From the IMG/VR virus record IMGVR_UViG_3300020021_000008, positions 1 through 63,215 of that record: a stretch of 63,215 bases of DNA; one strand, 5' to 3'. This document shows, piece after piece, positions 1-9,482 of this stretch. A program made the position numbers and the translations under genes. The notes under the pieces are model-generated. The model was not told the origin of the DNA. It saw only the letters and a list, made by a program, of their open reading frames with translations, and did no database searches. This stretch comes from a virus (taxonomy: Duplodnaviria; Caudoviricetes). Each line of letters opens with the position of its first letter. The first letter of the stretch is position 1.

Positions 1-137
1 TGGATTGAGTTCCACACCAATGAGCGTCGTATCCACGAATAGAAACGAGCTGAGATCCCTGGTACGCTGGAGTGTCGCATCCATTTCGCTCGTCGGAAAC
101 ACCTGAGCAACCAGCGCCCTGGGCCGGAGGTTCAGCA
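1..137. repeat. Terminal overlap (circular assembly), copy 1
   Basis: Identical to 63079-63215 except one mismatch (T at position 11, G in the other copy); an ORF reads through the join. Confidence 0.95.
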
Positions 138-354
138 GTTCACACTCAACATCACTAGTGCTGTGGTACGCAGGATCCACGACGCGAGTGGGGGTATTGA
201 TCGGCACCATTCCAGGCGTTGGCAGGTGGATTGCTGGACTCGGCTCACCCTGTTCCACTGGAGTTTGCTGGATGTAGAGATTGAGACTCCGCTGCATCCC
301 AGCGATAACACTGCGCGCTACGTATGCCCCACCAAGGAGTTGGATCTTAGCCAT
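1..354 (-). CDS. 5' part of the tailspike gene; continues across the circular join into 63078..61348
   Basis: ATG at 354 gives MAKIQLLGGAYVARSVIAGMQRSLNLY...LVAQVFPTSEMDAT, in frame with ORF 61348..63180; absent from the ORF track because of the window edge. Confidence 0.85.
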   Translation of the reverse strand, partial: MAKIQLLGGAYVARSVIAGMQRSLNLYIQQTPVEQGEPSPAIHLPTPGMVPINTPTRVVDPAYHSTSDVECELLNLRPRALVAQVFPTSEMDATLQRTRDLSSFLFVDTTLIGVELNP

Positions 355-355
355 C

Positions 356-1579
356 TCAGTCCAACACCACGAGGAATGGCCGAGTTTGTCCACCGCCAGC
401 ACGGGTAAGAGCAACGGCACTGAGGGGCGTGATTGGGTTTGGTACCAGGGGAGTGGAGCGGCCCAGCGAGGCCGCAGGCAATGCCGAGGGCCGAATTGCT
501 TCGCGAAGCGAGCGACTTCGAGCCACGGCACACACAAGCGCACTGGCAGGCCGCACGGCCTCGGTCATCCCAATAGCAATGTTGGGGAAGCAGTTCAGCA
601 GCGAGACTGGCGCAACATTCTCAGTAAGCGCCCGGCTACGAGCCAACGCCGCCGTCAACAGCGATGTAGATGCCAAATCTGCTTGGAGGGTGCGAGTCCG
701 CGCAACCAGCACCGACACCGGCGTAATAGCCTCCACCAGAGCCCGTCGACGTGCAATCGAAGCAGTCAACGCACTGACTGGTATAATCGCCTCGGCGAGA
801 TCCTTACCCTTCTTGAGCACCGGTGCCACAATCGCACTGGTCGGTACCAACGCTTCACTCAGCACTCCATGCTTGTGCAGCCCAGCAACAAGCAAGCTCA
901 CAGGAATATTTGCGGCGGAGATGTTGCCCGTACGCGCAAGGGCCGCGGCAAGTAGACTAGTCGGGAATACGGCCTCGGCGATTGGTCGTGCTACACCAGT
1001 TGGATCCCAACTGGTAAAACCACTGGGCACCGTACCAACATAGGTGGAGGCACCAAAGTTAACCGTAGCGGTATCGCCTACAGTTTGCAAACTAACTGCC
1101 GCGAACATTGCCCCGGTAGAGCCGTAGCTGAAACCGGAAGTTCCAGTTGCTGGATTGGGAGTTGCAGATGCCGTGAGGTTCCAGTTGGTTGGCGTGCCCT
1201 GTAGGTTAGCTTTAATCCAGAAAAGCTTATTCGTAAAATCTACGGCTACCCCGATAACAACACTCGAGGCCGTCAGCCAAGAACCACTCAGTGCATTCGA
1301 ACCATTGTAGAAAATTCCGAGATCCTGAAATGCCGAGACCCCATTAGTGTCAATGCCAGCATAGTTCGTCAGCGCAGCCGTTGCATTTGCAATACCCACA
1401 CTGATGCGGGCGCTGACCTGATGCACCGCTACTTCGAAATAAAACTTCCCAGAGGATTTACTTGTGGTGCTGCGACAGCTTTTCCAGGCAGAGATGCCCG
1501 TGATGCCAGTGGCAATTAGATTGCCACCTGACATGGTGATATGACTGTCAGTGTCGGACGGGTTCCATGTTGTGGCCAC
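356..1579 (-). CDS. Virion/tail protein with N-terminal SPRY/ConA-like domain and Ala/Leu-rich repeats
   Basis: SGKFYFEV..VGIA..VIGVAVDFTNKLFW..TVNFGAS..PSGF is a SPRY pattern; structural module. Confidence 0.65.
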   Translation of the reverse strand: MATTWNPSDTDSHITMSGGNLIATGITGISAWKSCRSTTSKSSGKFYFEVAVHQVSARISVGIANATAALTNYAGIDTNGVSAFQDLGIFYNGSNALSGSWLTASSVVIGVAVDFTNKLFWIKANLQGTPTNWNLTASATPNPATGTSGFSYGSTGAMFAAVSLQTVGDTATVNFGASTYVGTVPSGFTSWDPTGVARPIAEAVFPTSLLAAALARTGNISAANIPVSLLVAGLHKHGVLSEALVPTSAIVAPVLKKGKDLAEAIIPVSALTASIARRRALVEAITPVSVLVARTRTLQADLASTSLLTAALARSRALTENVAPVSLLNCFPNIAIGMTEAVRPASALVCAVARSRSLREAIRPSALPAASLGRSTPLVPNPITPLSAVALTRAGGGQTRPFLVVLD

Positions 1580-1603
1580 GGCAGAGCCTCATTTGTGGAG
1601 GCC

Positions 1604-1993
1604 CTAGGTGAGCGTGATGGTCAGCGCCCCAATGGCGATCGTAGCAGTGTCGCCAACAGCATAGCTCACCGCCGCACTCACCGTGCCCTGGGCGAGGCAC
1701 ACCCCCGTGGTGACACTGTCCCAGATGGTAATATCCGTGACCGAGCCCCAGTTGCCAGTAGTGTCTGGGCCAAACGAGATGGCACCGCTATTGCTAGCGA
1801 CATTGCCGCTTACCGTGAACGCTACGGCCTGCCGAGCATAGCCGTTGCCACTGATCTCATTGCTCGCACCCGCACCGCCATTCGCGCCAGTGTGCAGCGC
1901 GAGAAACCACGTGGTGGGCCGGGTGGGACTCGAGGTGGTGAAGATCCAATTCAACACCCGGTTTTCGGCAGTGGCTGTGAATGAACCTGCCAT
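1604..1993 (-). CDS. Small tail-associated structural protein
   Basis: WFLALHT..EISGNGYARQAV pattern common in phage tail-fibre-adjacent proteins; gene context. Confidence 0.55.
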   Translation of the reverse strand: MAGSFTATAENRVLNWIFTTSSPTRPTTWFLALHTGANGGAGASNEISGNGYARQAVAFTVSGNVASNSGAISFGPDTTGNWGSVTDITIWDSVTTGVCLAQGTVSAAVSYAVGDTATIAIGALTITLT

Positions 1994-2019
1994 GAAGGGA
2001 ACTCCTCAGTGTTATTGGA

Positions 2020-3081
2020 TCAGGTTCGGTTACCCGATACTGTGACCCATGCGTCGGTGGGAGTGCCCACCACAGAATTAATCGTAAGCGTCACAGTGGC
2101 GCCAATGCCAACGTAGCCATTACCGGGAGTAGTGGTTTTCTCCACGGCCGAGACGAGAATATCACTGAGGCTCACAATCGGCACCCCATCAATGGAGAGG
2201 GTGAAAGTGAACTGGCCCCCGAGACTTCCAACCGAGGTCTCAACGCTCATGATGTTGAAGGCATAGGGGGCGGACCCCGTGAGCACATAGTCCCCGAGCG
2301 TAACCAGAGAGCCTCCGGCCCAGTTTTCGGTGAAACTAACTCCGGTCCAACCACTACCACCGCCAAAGAGCCCAATTCCCAATCCCAGCGGCATCACTCC
2401 CGGCAAGTCCATCGGCATCTGGAGCGTGGCCAACTGGAGGTCCGCCCCTCTCACCACATTGAGCGCATCTCGCGCAAGTCCATCCAGGCCCGTGTCCGCA
2501 GGGAGCTGATAGCTCACTCGCAACCGTCGAGCCAAATTGAAGTGCAGCGCTGCATAGTACTCCGCTGGGAGCACAATGTCATCGTTCACGGTGGAGAATT
2601 GGGGGAGGGTATCTTTGATCGCGAGATGGATCTCGAATAGGCCCGACGCAGGCGTGGGGGTGAATAGCACGTTGCCGAGCGGAAAAGCACTGTCGTAGAA
2701 AATGCTACTCGGGAATGAGGGATAGTCCTTGAGCGTGATGAGGTTGTAGTCCTCTCGGGCCTCGATAATCTCCAGTCCAAAGTCGGCCCGCAGAGATGGA
2801 CTGGCTACCATCTGCCTCACAAATGCACTGGCAATTTTCTCCGGCCGAAGAGGCATGTCGAAATCCCCTCCTGGCCCGATCGTATAGCTGTTGTGGCCGT
2901 TCGACACCAGCGCCATGTCAACCAGATGATACACCAACCAGCGCTTGCGCTGCCATTGGCTTAGCATCCAGTTCATGTCCGTGAGCGCGTCAGCGGTGTC
3001 CTCGGCGAGGGCCGTCTGCCCTACGCCAAGCACTCCCGCTGTCTTGAGCGCCCGCTTGATAATGTCGCCGGCAGTGGGCAC
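2020..3081 (-). CDS. P22 gp4-like head-tail adaptor with C-terminal extension
   Basis: TAGDIIKRALKTAGVLGVGQT..DALTDMNWMLSQW N-terminus; lies downstream of the coat gene. Confidence 0.7.
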   Translation of the reverse strand: MPTAGDIIKRALKTAGVLGVGQTALAEDTADALTDMNWMLSQWQRKRWLVYHLVDMALVSNGHNSYTIGPGGDFDMPLRPEKIASAFVRQMVASPSLRADFGLEIIEAREDYNLITLKDYPSFPSSIFYDSAFPLGNVLFTPTPASGLFEIHLAIKDTLPQFSTVNDDIVLPAEYYAALHFNLARRLRVSYQLPADTGLDGLARDALNVVRGADLQLATLQMPMDLPGVMPLGLGIGLFGGGSGWTGVSFTENWAGGSLVTLGDYVLTGSAPYAFNIMSVETSVGSLGGQFTFTLSIDGVPIVSLSDILVSAVEKTTTPGNGYVGIGATVTLTINSVVGTPTDAWVTVSGNRT

Positions 3082-3084
3082 GGG

Positions 3085-3399
3085 TTATGCTCCGCGCTTC
3101 GCAGGCGTGTAACCGGAAGTCGCCTTTGGCGAGTCCTCCGCCCGGATCTTGCCCAGGGAGGCCGAGACCGTAGCAATTGCATCAGCGCTAAGCGGCGCCG
3201 ACTCCACCTCAGCCCGGGCCTCAGCCAGGGCCACCTGCGTGTACCAATCCGCTTCTTCCGCCTCGCTCAGCACGGTCGTTCCGACGCCCTCCGCGTCATA
3301 GAGCATCCGGGGATACGGCCGATACTCATAGTCCGGAAACTTGATATGGCTGTACATGTTGTTGGCTTTAACATCACTCTCAGGCACAGAGACCTCCAT
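3085..3399 (-). CDS. Hypothetical protein
   Basis: Fills the operon on the structural strand; YPRMLY motif. Confidence 0.6.
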   Translation of the reverse strand: MEVSVPESDVKANNMYSHIKFPDYEYRPYPRMLYDAEGVGTTVLSEAEEADWYTQVALAEARAEVESAPLSADAIATVSASLGKIRAEDSPKATSGYTPAKRGA

Positions 3400-3422
3400 G
3401 AGTTAATGAGGGGCGAAGCCCC

Positions 3423-3794
3423 TCATGCTGGGTTGGTGTACCACTGCAAAGACACCGGACAAATGAACTCCACGTTCTTGCCCGCCGCCAGCGCATACAC
3501 AGCGTTCGCTGAGAGAGCATTGATCTTGTCCCCGAGCGCAGGAAACACTCCCATCGAATTGGCGCTGCCGTTGATCACATAGTACTTGGCACCAGCCGTT
3601 GCTACCGGCAGCACCGCGCTGTCCGCTGCCGTGGTAACGGTGGTGAACTGCGATATGTCAGCAGAGATCTGGAAGCTATTTCCCTGTACTCCACTGGCCG
3701 TAGCGGTGAGTCCCGCCGCGGTGGAGGGATAAAAATCCTCTCCCTTCATCAGTCGATAACCTGGGGCCTGTCGTGGCATCACACGGTACTCCAT
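3423..3794 (-). CDS. Hypothetical virion (possible decoration) protein
   Basis: Ala/Thr-rich beta-type protein downstream of the coat gene. Confidence 0.55.
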   Translation of the reverse strand: MEYRVMPRQAPGYRLMKGEDFYPSTAAGLTATASGVQGNSFQISADISQFTTVTTAADSAVLPVATAGAKYYVINGSANSMGVFPALGDKINALSANAVYALAAGKNVEFICPVSLQWYTNPA

Positions 3795-4027
3795 AAAAGG
3801 GGCAAGGCCCCAAGTCGCAGTCGTTGTACCCCACCACCATCAATCAACGACAACAGGGCTCCGATGCAAATCAGTGCGATCAGCACTATGAGAACCACCC
3901 TGGCGACTTGCTGAATGGGCGGCGGGATCAGCGTGATGATAGCATTGCCTGCCCACCAGAGCAGCCACAACACCAACACGAAAATCAGTGCGTACACCAG
4001 CAAGTACACCAGGGATGCTATGGTCAT
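3779..4027 (-). CDS. Small two-TM membrane protein
   Basis: Two long hydrophobic segments; GGAGG RBS. Confidence 0.7.
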   Translation of the reverse strand: MTIASLVYLLVYALIFVLVLWLLWWAGNAIITLIPPPIQQVARVVLIVLIALICIGALLSLIDGGGVQRLRLGALPLLWSTV

Positions 4028-4039
4028 AGCGGCCTCCCG

Positions 4040-5245
4040 TTACGGCACCACGTCAGGGATCACCACCGCCCACTCTGGACGAACGAACAGATAGCCATAC
4101 AGGATATCCATTCTGGTGATGAACGCATCGGTAAGCACTGCATAGGCAGTGATCATACGAATGCTGATACCATCGTACGACTGTCTCGCTGCCTCGTGAA
4201 CACCGCGCGGGAGTTCCAAGTCCGCCGTCGCCATGGTGATGGCCTCAGGGACGAATGCGAAGTTCTTCCGATAAGTGCCAGTAGCAACGAGCCGAATGGC
4301 AGCAGCATCCGCTGGAAGCGACGCCACCGTCTGGTACGCCACGGGGTTGCCACCGCTCGGCCCAATCACCGCCGGATAGAGCGACAGACTCGTGGCCGCC
4401 GTGAGTGCCGCCGCCGTGAGCACGAACTGGGCCAACTGCCCAGTGTCCTGCTTGGTAATGCGGTTCACGGAGTTCACTCCGTCGATGGTCACAATGTCGC
4501 CGACCTTGAGCGTGCCGGTCGTAGCATTGGTCGTCATCGTGAGGCCGCTTTGACTCGCCCCATTGATCGTGCCGGCAGTGAATGTGCCACTGACGTGCAC
4601 CAGAGTCGTTTGGTCCATCATCCACTCAAAACCCAGAGCGGACTTCATGATTCCAGTTTCATACTGCTTGGAGATTGCGGGAGCAGGGTTGAACAACCCG
4701 GCCAGACCGGCGATAACGCGGGCCTCCGTGAACTGCGAGTTCACGATTTTCCGATCATTCATCGGCGAGCTATAAGTGCTGAGTACGGCACCAGCGGTGA
4801 GGTACGTGGTGGCGGTGGGGGTGCTGACCACCTGCGAGGTGATGTTGCCCGCCATGTTGCTGACGCCACCTTCGGCGCCAGACATAATGTCCGCCGCGAC
4901 CGCACCAGCGAGATTGTTCACCGCCGGCCGCAACACCCGCTTGCTGTAGTCGTCCAGCTGCATTGTGCGTTCCACCGAACTAAACGACACGTCGACGCCC
5001 TTCTGAGTGGCGAGCGTCAGCGTGGTGTTCTTTTCAGTGGTGTCCTGCGGAGTCGCCGTCGCACCACTTCTCACCGTATAGTCGTTCGGGAGGCGAATTC
5101 TCAGCGCCGTGCCGATTTTCGCGCCTGTGCGTGCGAACGCATCATCGTACTGCGTGTCGATATTCATCAGAAACGCGTTGGAGTTCTTCCAGAGGCGAAT
5201 TGCCTCCCGCGTAATTTGGCTGATAGTGAGGATTGTGTTGGCCAC
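4040..5245 (-). CDS. Major capsid protein, P22 coat (gp5)-like
   Basis: MANTILT..ITREA..AKIGTALRIRLPNDY..RMDILYG pattern; follows the scaffold gene. Confidence 0.9.
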   Translation of the reverse strand: MANTILTISQITREAIRLWKNSNAFLMNIDTQYDDAFARTGAKIGTALRIRLPNDYTVRSGATATPQDTTEKNTTLTLATQKGVDVSFSSVERTMQLDDYSKRVLRPAVNNLAGAVAADIMSGAEGGVSNMAGNITSQVVSTPTATTYLTAGAVLSTYSSPMNDRKIVNSQFTEARVIAGLAGLFNPAPAISKQYETGIMKSALGFEWMMDQTTLVHVSGTFTAGTINGASQSGLTMTTNATTGTLKVGDIVTIDGVNSVNRITKQDTGQLAQFVLTAAALTAATSLSLYPAVIGPSGGNPVAYQTVASLPADAAAIRLVATGTYRKNFAFVPEAITMATADLELPRGVHEAARQSYDGISIRMITAYAVLTDAFITRMDILYGYLFVRPEWAVVIPDVVP

Positions 5246-5417
5246 GAGTCCTGTCCTAACCGGGGGCGCTCCAGCGCCGGGGATTGAGTTGGACGGGACT
5301 CACTGTTGGCGTCCAGAGGACAGAGCACTTGCTGCTCAGGGAGCGCACGAGGCTAGATGGTTCCTCGGATAACCTGCACGGGATTACGCCCCCGGAGCGG
5401 TGAGGCCCAAGTGCGCC

Positions 5418-6278
5418 TCAGTGAAAGCCCTGTTCGCGCTTTTCCTTCAAGCCCTTTTCTCTCCACGCAAGCCACTCCTTCATCGGCATCTTATCCGGAT
5501 CTTTCTCGACGGACGTTCCGCCGGAACCGATGGACTTGATGGGAGGGGGAGCGGAAGAGGTCTTAGGAGCAGCAGTGAGCTTGGCAGCGACCTTGGCGAG
5601 CGCCACGGCCTGGCGTGTGGGAGAGAGGACCATGATCCTTGAGGCCTCATCCATGTCCTGAGCCAGCGATTGCAGTATCACATGCGCATCGCCGGCCTCC
5701 ATGGTGGCCTCGATGAACGCCGGAGTGAGGCCCCCCAAATTCGCATAACTCTTGAGCGAGTCATCGAAATCCGGGTACTGTTCCTTGCCCTTGGAGTAGA
5801 TTTCGTTGCAGCTACGATCGAACTCCCTTTGCGCAGCGATTTGCGCAGCACGGCTCTCAACATCGCCGTCGCTCGCGCGCTGCGGCTGTTGCCGCTGCTG
5901 CTGCTGGTCCTCGGGCTTAGCCTCTGGATTTGCTCTGGTGCTGAGGGCCTCTCTTAGCTGCCGGTTTTCTTCGGCGATAGCCGCCGCCTGTCGGATAGTC
6001 TCAGACTTCTCTCGAGTAAGTGCATCGATGCGTCGCTGGAACCATGGGACCTGGCCTTTGGGCTTAGGCCCACCTTCGGCGGGCTTGGCCTCGACGGGAG
6101 GCTTTTCTCCATCAGCTTGTTTGCCAGTGGCATCAGCGTCGCCCTCGGTGTTGGCATCAGACTCGCCGCCTTCCTCTTCCGTGAGTTGTGGAGTCGGCGT
6201 TTCGACCAGACCAATGTCCTCAGTACCCTCAGCGTCTCCGCCTGTGGCCTCGGCATTCGGTTCCGTCTCTCCAGCCAT
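5418..6278 (-). CDS. Scaffolding protein
   Basis: Acidic N-terminus, PWFQRRIDALTREK coiled coil and SAPPPIKSIG..MKEWLAWR C-terminus; ATG 6278 preferred as start. Confidence 0.75.
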   Translation of the reverse strand: MAGETEPNAEATGGDAEGTEDIGLVETPTPQLTEEEGGESDANTEGDADATGKQADGEKPPVEAKPAEGGPKPKGQVPWFQRRIDALTREKSETIRQAAAIAEENRQLREALSTRANPEAKPEDQQQQRQQPQRASDGDVESRAAQIAAQREFDRSCNEIYSKGKEQYPDFDDSLKSYANLGGLTPAFIEATMEAGDAHVILQSLAQDMDEASRIMVLSPTRQAVALAKVAAKLTAAPKTSSAPPPIKSIGSGGTSVEKDPDKMPMKEWLAWREKGLKEKREQGFH

Positions 6279-6374
6279 TGCTGCAACTCCAGTGAGAATG
6301 ATTGGGCTGTATAATACGCGCGCGAGGCCATACGGCCAACCCACCAACGGTCACAACAGCCCGACAGCGTGGGC

Positions 6375-6665
6375 TCAGTGGAACGCCCCGATAACGCGAC
6401 GACCACCAATCCGCAGTTGGTTATCCAGTATCAATGCCTCCGCCACGAGTTCCTTCTGGTCCTCCGGCAACAGCGAGCCCTCACCAAGCGAGCCCGCGAG
6501 TACCTCTCGAGCCTGCTCTAGCAGCTTCGGCCAGAGCAATCTCACGAAGCGCTTCCTCGAGGGGTTGAGTCGTCGAAACTCGTTGTGGTAGGCAAGGACC
6601 TCGTAGTACTCCTCGGCCATCCCTACGGCGGTATCACGGATCATGGGGTGAGCGACTGTAGCCAT
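6375..6665 (-). CDS. Hypothetical protein
   Basis: Translationally coupled to the upstream gene. Confidence 0.65.
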   Translation of the reverse strand: MATVAHPMIRDTAVGMAEEYYEVLAYHNEFRRLNPSRKRFVRLLWPKLLEQAREVLAGSLGEGSLLPEDQKELVAEALILDNQLRIGGRRVIGAFH

Positions 6666-8527
6666 TATTTTGTCTCCGTGGGAAGGAGGTCCTGCTTGGG
6701 TGAGTTAGTTAAGACACTGCCTCGTATTCTACGGTTTTGATTCTCTAACCAGGCAGGATACCAATCCCTAGTAATACCCGGCCGAGCAACTTCACCAGGA
6801 TTAAGTCTAGTAGGATCGGAGAGCCCCTTAGGAACGACACTTACTTTGTCCTCATCTGGGAAGCCACGAGCAATTAGATCCTCTGGAGACTTGCCATAAA
6901 GAACCGGAGTTCCATTCGGCGATACCAATGTGTGAGAACTGTCACTAAAGTATTTTGCCATGTCCCCTCCCAGTGGGGCACTGTGGTCTTTGTAGACAGT
7001 ATAGCCGTTGCTGAGTGTGTGGGTTGGGTAGTAGCCTTGGCGCACGAGATCCTTTTGATTGTCACTTTTGATCCCGGCAATGAGGCGAGCGTTCTGGATA
7101 TCCTGTATAGAGGTCACTGGACCAACGTTCTGGTTACTGATCGCTGGATCCACTCCCCATCCGCTAGTTTTAAGCCTGTCGCGGATCATGCTGTAGGCTG
7201 GGTCGAATGGGTCGCCATCTACTGGCTCAGCCGCCATGGCACTACCATCAGCACTCTTGGTGTAGAACCGTACAATTTGACCACTTGACGGATAGCCCGA
7301 GGTATCTAGTGGATGGACCGCCCTTGGATCCTCTAACCCCGCTCGGGCCTGTACATTCCTCGCCTCGACCTCACCAGCAATACTCTTGTACTTTGCCATG
7401 GCGTTATCGCTCATACCGCGAAGCAACTTATAATAGTCCATGGCCTTGATGTAAGGACTCAGTACACCATTCTGCATCGCCGCGCCTAGCGTCGCTTGTT
7501 CGCCTGGACTTACATACCCGCCGGACTTGCTGCTCATCACGGCATTCTGGAGATCCATCGGATTCATCGGCGCCCCGGTCACTGGATCTGGAATTTGCTT
7601 GATCTGGGAGTGCAATGCCACGAGTTTATTGATGGCTCCCTGCTCCACTTCTGTGTGCCCCGCAGGCAGAAATTCCATAGGACTGCCGCCAGTAGCGAAT
7701 CCCTCTTTATTTTGGATCTGGTGCTGGACCTCGTGCAATAGCGTGGATTTCATGTCGTCAGGATGACCTGGAGCCAGAGAGATACTTCCGTCCTCATGAG
7801 CAATGCCAAGAATACCTTGGTCAACCAACTTCTGATCAAGTGGCTTGATCGTGGTGTTTTCGAGTTCAGGATAGGCATTGAACAACTTTTCATGCTGCAG
7901 CATATCTCCGAGCTTAGTTGGTCCGTCTATGCTCACACGAGGACTTGGATCGGAGATATCCCATCTGGTCATATCAGCTGGAGCCTGGTCTGGCAGCTTT
8001 AGCTTGGCGTCTTGATCGGGGATCTCGAACTTCCACTTCCCATCCACATCCTGAAACCAGCCAGTACCTCCCCATGAGTCTCCCTCGGCACCTTGAATCC
8101 GCTGTGCTTGCATGAAGCGATTCAACCCGCCCTGTGCGCCGCCCTTACCTCCAGGAAGTGACTCGGCGCTGGCACCTCGTCCGGCAAAAATTCCAGCCGT
8201 GGCATCATCCGCCACCGGGCCTGCCACCACGCCACGTCCCAACGCCACGCTCGCGAGCGCCTGCGTCGCCGCGGGAGTCACCTCGCCGGTCTTAGTGCCC
8301 TGGAGCAGATCCAGAATCCCATTCCCAAAATCTCTCAGTCCGGTCGGAATCCCAAAACCCTGGTCGAGAATTTGCCCCGTATCTGGGTCCTTGCGCATTT
8401 TGATCGGCAACTGATTACCATACGTCCAACCGGGGTCTGGCGTCAACGCGTTACGGAGCGGAGTGAAAAAGGAGTCCGACTGAGCCCCTGCCGTCAGGTC
8501 ATTCTGAACCCCAGTGTCGTCGGCCAT
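6665..8527 (-). CDS. LPD23-like domain protein with HExxH zincin motif
   Basis: GWFQDVDGKWKFEIPD..LLHEVQHQIQNKEGFATGG..AGEVEARNVQAR. Confidence 0.7.
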   Translation of the reverse strand: MADDTGVQNDLTAGAQSDSFFTPLRNALTPDPGWTYGNQLPIKMRKDPDTGQILDQGFGIPTGLRDFGNGILDLLQGTKTGEVTPAATQALASVALGRGVVAGPVADDATAGIFAGRGASAESLPGGKGGAQGGLNRFMQAQRIQGAEGDSWGGTGWFQDVDGKWKFEIPDQDAKLKLPDQAPADMTRWDISDPSPRVSIDGPTKLGDMLQHEKLFNAYPELENTTIKPLDQKLVDQGILGIAHEDGSISLAPGHPDDMKSTLLHEVQHQIQNKEGFATGGSPMEFLPAGHTEVEQGAINKLVALHSQIKQIPDPVTGAPMNPMDLQNAVMSSKSGGYVSPGEQATLGAAMQNGVLSPYIKAMDYYKLLRGMSDNAMAKYKSIAGEVEARNVQARAGLEDPRAVHPLDTSGYPSSGQIVRFYTKSADGSAMAAEPVDGDPFDPAYSMIRDRLKTSGWGVDPAISNQNVGPVTSIQDIQNARLIAGIKSDNQKDLVRQGYYPTHTLSNGYTVYKDHSAPLGGDMAKYFSDSSHTLVSPNGTPVLYGKSPEDLIARGFPDEDKVSVVPKGLSDPTRLNPGEVARPGITRDWYPAWLENQNRRIRGSVLTNSPKQDLLPTETK

Positions 8528-8530
8528 AGC

Positions 8531-9481
8531 CTATGCTCCTGGAGGTGCAAACGGATCGTGGTCCACAGGGTTGTAGCCGTAGCCGGCACTCGCCAGAGGG
8601 CTGTATGCCGCCCCTCCCATTTGCATCAGCGAGTTGGGATCAGACTGCTGCGGAACGTATCCACCGCCCATGGACTGCATCGTGGGGTTGGACTGTTGTG
8701 GAGTGTACCCCGGACCCATCGGTTGCATGCCACTGGTATTGGGTCCAGACATTTGCGGAGTGTATCCGCCTCCCATTTGCTGCATCCCGCTGCTATCGGG
8801 TCCGCCCGTCGAGGGGGCCGTGAAACCCGGCATCTGCTGCATCATAGTGTTGCCACTCAAGTCCAGCGGCAGCGGTTGCTGCATCGGTACGTTGCCGTTG
8901 CCGGGCCAAGCAGTCAGTCCAAAATCAGCAGGGTTTTGCGGTCCCCCTCCACCGAGTCCCGTATGCCCAGGCAATTGCCAACTAGCTGCGCCGGTGTCTC
9001 TTGGGCCGGGTGGTAGCCATCCCCCCGGAGCCGCTGTCGAGCCCCAAGTCCCGGTACCAGTTCCGCCCGTCCCGCCAACTGGAGTAGGACCTCCAACTGC
9101 ACCGCCGACACCAGCGGGGACCGAGCCCAATCCGGTGCCGAACGTGCCGGTGGCCCAGGAATTCGCCGGAGTCACCCCAGAGTTCTGTGCGTACTGCCCC
9201 TGGAGTTGTGACACCGGGTCCCCTCCACTCGACGGACCTCCAGCCAGACTCTGTGTCGTTAGTGGATTGGGAGGGGTGCCGGCGGAGGGAGCGTATTGAG
9301 TTGGCCCCGGTTGCATCGCCGAGGCAGCGGGTGATGCTGCTGTGGGCATATTCATGTAGTAGGTAGGGGAACTGCCGTCAGCACCGTTGATGGTGTTGAT
9401 CATTGGAGCGTCGCCGGTTCCACCCGCCGCCGCCCACTGTTGCATCAACGAGTCCCGGTTGTCAGAGTATGCTTGTGACAT
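8531..9481 (-). CDS. Gly/Pro/Gln/Met-rich low-complexity protein
   Basis: Abuts the portal gene; repeated MQ.MG.GY.PQ units. Confidence 0.65.
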   Translation of the reverse strand: MSQAYSDNRDSLMQQWAAAGGTGDAPMINTINGADGSSPTYYMNMPTAASPAASAMQPGPTQYAPSAGTPPNPLTTQSLAGGPSSGGDPVSQLQGQYAQNSGVTPANSWATGTFGTGLGSVPAGVGGAVGGPTPVGGTGGTGTGTWGSTAAPGGWLPPGPRDTGAASWQLPGHTGLGGGGPQNPADFGLTAWPGNGNVPMQQPLPLDLSGNTMMQQMPGFTAPSTGGPDSSGMQQMGGGYTPQMSGPNTSGMQPMGPGYTPQQSNPTMQSMGGGYVPQQSDPNSLMQMGGAAYSPLASAGYGYNPVDHDPFAPPGA

Positions 9482-9482
9482 C

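Noticed and set aside
1-137. Biological direct terminal repeat
   Set aside because: Falls in the middle of a gene and is most simply an assembly overlap; the single mismatch may be an end error
3824-5287. Long antisense/shadow ORFs (also 51504-52955, 58586-59668, 25090-26271, 23468-24325)
   Set aside because: They lie opposite or out of frame to well-supported genes in GC-rich DNA and show no recognisable motifs
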